Origin: Ilumatobacter sp. | GTDB lineage: Bacteria; Actinomycetota; Acidimicrobiia; Acidimicrobiales; Ilumatobacteraceae | Assembly: GCF_046290335.1 (NCBI RefSeq) | Contig: NZ_JBKAGH010000009.1 | Location: forward strand, 65,869 to 129,868 | Direction of reading: 5' to 3' | Length of the DNA: 64,000 nt | Part shown: one piece after another, positions 59,004 through 64,000 of the stretch | How positions within the stretch are numbered: position 1 is the stretch's first letter | How the letters are laid out: each line of letters opens with the position of its first letter | The notes under the pieces: generated by a model | The model's input: only the letters and a program-made list of their open reading frames with translations | Told to the model about the DNA's origin: nothing | The model's database searches: none | Made by a program: the position numbers and the translations under genes

Positions 59004-60797
59004 GTGAAACCACGCACCCTCATCATCACCGCCGCAGCGACGTCTGTCGGTCTGCTCGGCGCCAGCCCATTCCTTGGTTCGGCGCAAACCGACGTCGACG
59101 AAGGACTCACGGCGCTCGGCGTCTACGACAGCGGTGATGGCGAAGGAGGATCCGAGATCATCGCATTCGACGCCGTCACCAACCAGATGTTCACGACCAA
59201 CGGTGTCGACAACACGATCGATGTCGTGGACGTCTCCAACCCGGCGGCGCCCACGCTGGTGACGCAGCTCGACATCTCGTCGTATGGCGCCGGTATCCAG
59301 AGCGTGGCGGTCGGCGACGGGCTCGTCGCCGCAGCGGTCGCCAACGCCGACCCCGTGTTGCCGGGTGCCGTCGCCGTCTTCACCACCGCCGGCGCCTTCG
59401 ACCAGGTGTACACGGTGGGCGTGCTGCCCGACTCGATCGCCTTCACGCCTGACGGTCGCTACATCGTCGTCGCCAACGAGGCCGAGCCGGTGTGTGACGG
59501 AACGTCACTCGACGTCGACCCGGCCGGTTCCATCTCGATCATCGACACGCAGAACGACACCGTCGCAACCGCCGACTTCACCGATTTCGACGGCACGGAG
59601 GCGGCGATGCGCGCCGAGAACATCCGTATCTTCTTCCCCGGATCGACGGCCTCGCAGGACCTCGAGCCGGAGTACGTCGCGATCACGCCCGACGGCACCA
59701 CCGCACACGTCACGCTCCAGGAGAACAACGCGATCGCGGTCGTCGACATCGCCACCGCGACCGTGACCGACATCGTGCCGCTCGGCTACAAGGACCATTC
59801 GCTCGACGGCAACGGCCTCGACCCCTCGAACCGCGACAACGCCGAAGCGATCGCGACGTGGAACGTGCTCGGCATGTACCAGCCCGACGCCATCTCGGTG
59901 GTCGACATCGACGGCACCTTGTACACCGTCTCGGCCAACGAAGGCGACGCTCGTGACTACGACTGCTTCTCCGAAGAAGAGCGAGTCGGCGACTTCGGCG
60001 TCGCGCAGCCGCCGTATGCCGCAACCGACGGCGACGACGAGAACCTGGGCCGCCTCCGCACGACGAGTGCGTTCCCGACGACGTTCAACGGTGCCGGTGA
60101 GATCGAGCAGGTCTATTCCTATGGCGCTCGTTCGTTCACGATTCGGGCGCTCGACGGCACGGTCGTGTTCGACAGCGGCGACGACTTCGAGCAGCGTCTG
60201 CTCGGTACCGATTTCTTCAACCTCGACGAACTCGAGACCGACGAACGCAGCGACGACAAGGGCCCCGAGCCCGAGGCGCTCGCCGTCGGTGTGATCGAAG
60301 GGCGCACGTTCGCCTTCATCGGCCTCGAACGGTCGGGGGGCGTGATGATGTACGACATCAGCACGCCGAGCGCACCGGTGTTCATCGACTACCTCAACAC
60401 GGCGGAGACCACCGATCAGGCTCAGAACCTGGTGACCGGCGGTGGAGACGTGTCACCGGAAGGCATCGCGTTCATCAGCGCCGCCGACAGCCCGACCGGG
60501 GTGCCGCTTCTCGCGGTGTCGTTCGAGGTCAGCGGCACGTCTCGGCTGATGCGCGTCGACGTCGCGCCAGCTCCGGTCGACACGACGACCACCACCACGA
60601 CGATGCCAGATGCGACCACCACGATGCCGCCGGCGACTGCGACGCCGACCACCGCCGCCCCGGTCACCACAGCCAACCCGGTGACCGAGTTGCCTGCCAC
60701 CGGTTCGTCCAACTCGAACACGGCGTTGATTGCGCTGCTCCTGTTGTGCGGAGGTGGCGCGGTGCTCATCGCCGCACGCCGTCGCCCGCTCACCTGA
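59004..60797 (+). CDS. Choice-of-anchor I (alkaline-phosphatase-associated beta-propeller) protein with an LPXTG sorting signal
   Basis: Signal peptide; SEIIAFD, VGVLPDSIAFTPDG, ANEAEP, DLEPEY, YQPDAI, ANEGDAR, YGARSF, RSDDKGPEPE, GLERSGG; Thr/Pro linker; LPATG, TM and RRR tail. Confidence 0.88.
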   Translation: MKPRTLIITAAATSVGLLGASPFLGSAQTDVDEGLTALGVYDSGDGEGGSEIIAFDAVTNQMFTTNGVDNTIDVVDVSNPAAPTLVTQLDISSYGAGIQSVAVGDGLVAAAVANADPVLPGAVAVFTTAGAFDQVYTVGVLPDSIAFTPDGRYIVVANEAEPVCDGTSLDVDPAGSISIIDTQNDTVATADFTDFDGTEAAMRAENIRIFFPGSTASQDLEPEYVAITPDGTTAHVTLQENNAIAVVDIATATVTDIVPLGYKDHSLDGNGLDPSNRDNAEAIATWNVLGMYQPDAISVVDIDGTLYTVSANEGDARDYDCFSEEERVGDFGVAQPPYAATDGDDENLGRLRTTSAFPTTFNGAGEIEQVYSYGARSFTIRALDGTVVFDSGDDFEQRLLGTDFFNLDELETDERSDDKGPEPEALAVGVIEGRTFAFIGLERSGGVMMYDISTPSAPVFIDYLNTAETTDQAQNLVTGGGDVSPEGIAFISAADSPTGVPLLAVSFEVSGTSRLMRVDVAPAPVDTTTTTTTMPDATTTMPPATATPTTAAPVTTANPVTELPATGSSNSNTALIALLLLCGGGAVLIAARRRPLT

Positions 60798-60815
60798 GCT
60801 GACCACCGACTCGAA

Positions 60816-60846
60816 GCGACAGAGTGGGTCTGACCCACTCTGTCGC
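60816..60846. repeat. REP-like palindrome, family B, copy 3
   Basis: GCGACAGAGTGGGTC-T-GACCCACTCTGTCGC; shares the 5' flank CCGACTCGAR with copy 2. Confidence 0.9.
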
Positions 60847-60874
60847 TCCATTCGTCGCTTCGTAGAGTGGCGGC

Positions 60875-61663
60875 GTGATCGACAGCGACACGTCCCGCCG
60901 AATCGTGGTGCGTCCACCGAGCCCGAGACTCGCCGACGGAGAGATCAGCTACGTCGATCGTCAACCGGTCGACGTCGCTCTGGCCGAGCAGCAGTGGGCG
61001 CACTACGTCGACGCGTTCCGGACCGCCGGCTGGGACGTCATCGAGGTTCCCGCACTCGACGACCACCCCGATGGTGTGTTCATCGAAGACAACGTCGTCG
61101 TACATCGCGAGCTTGCGATCGTGTGTCGGCCGGGCGCCGAGTCGCGACGCGGCGAGATCGACGCGATCGGCGACCGCTTCAGCGAACTCGGCTACAGCGT
61201 GGCGTCGATCGAGGCGCCGGGCCACCTCGACGGCGGCGACGTGTTGAAGGTCGGTGGCACCGTGTACGTCGGGCGCAGCGCTCGATCCGACGCCGCCGGG
61301 ATCGAGCAGTTCCGTCGGCTGCTCGAAGCCGAAGGAGCGACGGTCGTCGAGGTCCCGGTCACCGCAGCGTTGCATCTCAAGTCGTGCCTGACCGCGCTCC
61401 CCGACGGAACGATCGTCGGCTACGCGCCGCTGGTCGACGAACCGGACGCGTTCGCTCGGTTGTACCTGGCGCCGGAGGAGTCGGGCGCGCACGTCGTCGA
61501 TCTCGGCGACGGCCGGATCCTCGTCGCGTCGAGTTGCCCGACATCAGCCGAGCACTATCGATCGCTCGGCTACGACGTCGTTGCCGTCGACATCAGCGAG
61601 TTCGAGAAACTCGAAGGCTGCGTGACCTGCCTCTCGATCCGCCTCCACGACGGCGTCGACTGA
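60875..61663 (+). CDS. ddah: N(G),N(G)-dimethylarginine dimethylaminohydrolase
   Basis: DGVFIED, SRRGE, HLDGGDV, LHLKS, EFEKLEGCVTCLS (Asp/His/Cys set). Confidence 0.88.
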   Translation: MIDSDTSRRIVVRPPSPRLADGEISYVDRQPVDVALAEQQWAHYVDAFRTAGWDVIEVPALDDHPDGVFIEDNVVVHRELAIVCRPGAESRRGEIDAIGDRFSELGYSVASIEAPGHLDGGDVLKVGGTVYVGRSARSDAAGIEQFRRLLEAEGATVVEVPVTAALHLKSCLTALPDGTIVGYAPLVDEPDAFARLYLAPEESGAHVVDLGDGRILVASSCPTSAEHYRSLGYDVVAVDISEFEKLEGCVTCLSIRLHDGVD

Positions 61664-61676
61664 CCCCGGGTACCCC

Positions 61677-61709
61677 CATAGGTCATCGTGCCTGGCACGA
61701 TGACCTGTG
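61677..61709. repeat. REP-like palindrome, family A, copy 3, between convergent genes
   Basis: CATAGGTCATCGTGCC-T-GGCACGATGACCTGTG. Confidence 0.88.
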
Positions 61710-61711
61710 CG

Positions 61712-63451
61712 TCAGCTGCGGACGAGGCGGCCTGGTCGCACTCCCGTGAACTCGTCGCGTTCGCGGGTGATCTGGCCGGCCACGATCGTCGCCGTGTAGC
61801 CCTCGGCCGCCTGCAGCAGCCGGGTCCCACCGGCTGGCAGGTCAGCCACCAGCCGAGGCTCGCGTAGCCGGAGGTTGTCGAAGTCGATCACGTTGATGTC
61901 GGCACGCTTGCCCACCGCGAGCACGCCACGGTCGGTGAACCCGAACAGTGCCGCGGTGTCGGCCGTCATCTTCTTGACGACGTGCTCGAGTGAAAGACGC
62001 GGCCCGCGGCTGCGATCACGTACCCAGTGCGTGAGCATCCACGTCGGCGTCGACGCGTCGCAGATGAAGTTGGCGTGTGCGCCGCCGTCGGCGAGTCCGA
62101 GCACGGCGGCCGGGTGCGTCAGCATCTCGTAGAGCGCATCACCGTTGCCGTGTGCGTAACCGAGGAACGGCATCATCATCAGTGCCTCGCCGTCGCGATC
62201 ACGCAGGCGCTCGTACAACTCCTCGATCGGCTCGACGCCGTTGGCCGTGGCTTGCGCCGCGATCGAACGGTCGGGCGTCGGCTCGTAGTCGACCGGATCG
62301 CCCAGCAGGTACTGGCGCTCGTAGGAGTTCACGACCTGGTACGCCATCGGTTGGGTCTCGCGGACGCTCTCCATCACCGCGGTCGACTCGGCGATGAGTC
62401 GGGCCTTGAGGTCGGGGTCACCCATCGCTGCCGCCTGCTCGGCGAACGAGAGATCGCGCAGCGATGCGAAGCTCGGCATGTCCTTGAAGCGATGCTTCGT
62501 CGAGAGCCCGATCAGGATGCCGAAGGGGCGACCGGCGACCTGCGGGATGACCTGGCGCCCGGCGTCTTGCGCCTGCTGCGACAGCTCCATCAGCTCCTTC
62601 CACTCGTCGGGTTCCACCATGTTCTGCAACATCAGCCACGTGACCGGCCGACCGATCTCGTCGGCCAGACGACAGATCCAGTCGACCTCCTTCTTCGGCG
62701 CCACGAGGTCCTCGCCGGCCAGACCTGCAGGCGCCACTTCGAACACGCCCTTGCCGGCGCGCTGCAGCGCCCGGCCGATCGTGAACAGCTCGTCTTCTGC
62801 GGCGAACGTGCCGGGCACTGGGTCACCGTTCATCGCCCGGTGACCGATCGTGCGGCTGGTCGAGAACCCCATCGCGCCCGCTTCGACGGCTTCCTGGACC
62901 AGGGCCGCCATCTGGGCGATGTCATCGGAACTCGCGGGTTCGTTGTCGGCCCCACGCTTGCCCATCACGTAGGTGCGCAGCGGGCCGTGGGCGATCATCG
63001 CTGCGACGTCGGCGGCGTACTCACCGCGGTCGAGTTCGTCGAGATACTCCGGAAAGCTCTCCCAGTTCCACGAGATGCCCTCGCTCAATGCGGCGCCGGG
63101 GATGTCTTCGACGCCTTCCATCAGCTCGATCAGGAACTCGTGCTCGTCGCGCTTGGCCGGAGCGAACCCGACACCACAGTTCCCCATCACCACCGTGGTG
63201 ACGCCGTGCGGGGTCGACGGCTCGAGCTCGCCGTCCCATGTGGCCTGACCGTCGTAGTGCGTGTGGATGTCGACGAAGCCGGGCGTGACGATCTGCCCCG
63301 CAGCGTCGATCTCGCGACGGCCCGGGCCGATGTCGGCGTCCGGCCCGATCCCGGTGATCGTCGAACCGTCGACCGAGATGCTCATGCCGTCGACCGGCGC
63401 AGCGCCGGTTCCGTCGACGATCCGGCCGTTGCGAATCACGAGATCATGCAT
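61712..63451 (-). CDS. N-acyl-D-amino-acid deacylase family amidohydrolase
   Basis: [48 protein letters not shown]. Confidence 0.9.
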   Translation of the reverse strand: MHDLVIRNGRIVDGTGAAPVDGMSISVDGSTITGIGPDADIGPGRREIDAAGQIVTPGFVDIHTHYDGQATWDGELEPSTPHGVTTVVMGNCGVGFAPAKRDEHEFLIELMEGVEDIPGAALSEGISWNWESFPEYLDELDRGEYAADVAAMIAHGPLRTYVMGKRGADNEPASSDDIAQMAALVQEAVEAGAMGFSTSRTIGHRAMNGDPVPGTFAAEDELFTIGRALQRAGKGVFEVAPAGLAGEDLVAPKKEVDWICRLADEIGRPVTWLMLQNMVEPDEWKELMELSQQAQDAGRQVIPQVAGRPFGILIGLSTKHRFKDMPSFASLRDLSFAEQAAAMGDPDLKARLIAESTAVMESVRETQPMAYQVVNSYERQYLLGDPVDYEPTPDRSIAAQATANGVEPIEELYERLRDRDGEALMMMPFLGYAHGNGDALYEMLTHPAAVLGLADGGAHANFICDASTPTWMLTHWVRDRSRGPRLSLEHVVKKMTADTAALFGFTDRGVLAVGKRADINVIDFDNLRLREPRLVADLPAGGTRLLQAAEGYTATIVAGQITRERDEFTGVRPGRLVRS

Positions 63452-63496
63452 CGACACATCCTCGCGCAGCGTCGGAGCTGCCCTACGAGTCAACGC

Positions 63497-63856
63497 TCAG
63501 TTCGCGGCGGCTTCGCGGGCCTGGCGGGCGGCGCGGAACGACAGAATCGACAGCACCAGGAAGACGGTGGCAACCGCAACGGTCGCCAGCTGGGCGAACA
63601 GGGCCCACCCTGTGCTGCCCCGTCCGATGGCCGATCCGAGGCTGCCCAGGATCGCGAGCAGTGCGAGCGCGGCGGCGGCGTGCATCAGGTGATGATTCAG
63701 ATCGGGCTTCGCTCGCCCGAGCGCACCGAGCACGACGAACACCACGCCGATGAAGGCCGGAATCAGCGCCGTGACGCTGCCGGAGTCGGACACGAGCGTG
63801 ACGAAGACGCCCACGACGATCAGGATCGCACCGGCGATCATCGAGTTCTGAGCCAT
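63497..63856 (-). CDS. Small four-TM membrane protein of unknown function
   Basis: Four hydrophobic segments; TALIPAFIG, HHLMH, SFRAARQAR. Confidence 0.7.
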   Translation of the reverse strand: MAQNSMIAGAILIVVGVFVTLVSDSGSVTALIPAFIGVVFVVLGALGRAKPDLNHHLMHAAAALALLAILGSLGSAIGRGSTGWALFAQLATVAVATVFLVLSILSFRAARQAREAAAN

Positions 63857-63943
63857 CCGGCAATTCTACGGCCGCCCCGAGCAACCCGAGCCTGGCGCCA
63901 GACGAATTCAGGATCGTCGTCGTCGCTGGTGAGGCGAATCGGA

Positions 63944-64000
63944 TCAGGTGCGGAACGGCGGGTCGAGGACGTCGCCGACCCGGTGGTTCAGCGCGCGGAT
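63944..64000 (-). CDS. 3' end of a gene entering from the right edge
   Basis: Reads IRALNHRVGDVLDPPFRT-stop; too short to identify. Confidence 0.4.
   Translation of the reverse strand: MRALNHRVGDVLDPPFRT

Noticed and set aside
56243-60846. CRISPR reading of the 31-bp palindromic repeats
   Set aside because: Copies are 2-2.6 kb apart, separated by whole genes, with no spacers and no cas genes.

Overview
High-GC bacterial window with no rRNA, tRNA, CRISPR or transposase. Gene content (F420-type LLM, sortase-anchored proteins, an IdeR-like box) points to an actinobacterium, probably Acidimicrobiia (inference). Left to right it holds: a translationally coupled C-P lyase operon phnGHIJKLM ending in the oxidative pair PhnY*/PhnZ; an SLC13 transporter-histidine kinase-receiver module; assorted metabolic genes including two sulfatase-type genes; a ferritin-like gene plus [2Fe-2S] ferredoxin behind an IdeR-like box; a degenerate cyclase / cNMP-MscS / degenerate cyclase triad; an FAH / 2-hydroxyacid dehydrogenase / CMD / CMD / molybdoenzyme cluster; a putA-ocd-ctlX-ddah amino-acid catabolic cluster; and a sortase-anchored phosphatase-like protein. 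The strongest finding is missed by the ORF track. The second CMD/AhpD-like gene (40992..41519) has an in-frame TGA at the second Cys of its CxxC motif (HDCRT-U), followed by a SECIS-like hairpin, so it is a probable selenoprotein. Also notable are a shared 14-bp PHO-box-like motif upstream of both phosphorus loci and seven dispersed odd-length palindromes. Most starts were re-chosen by hand from start/stop overlaps and RBS. No database searches were run, so family calls rest on recognised motifs.
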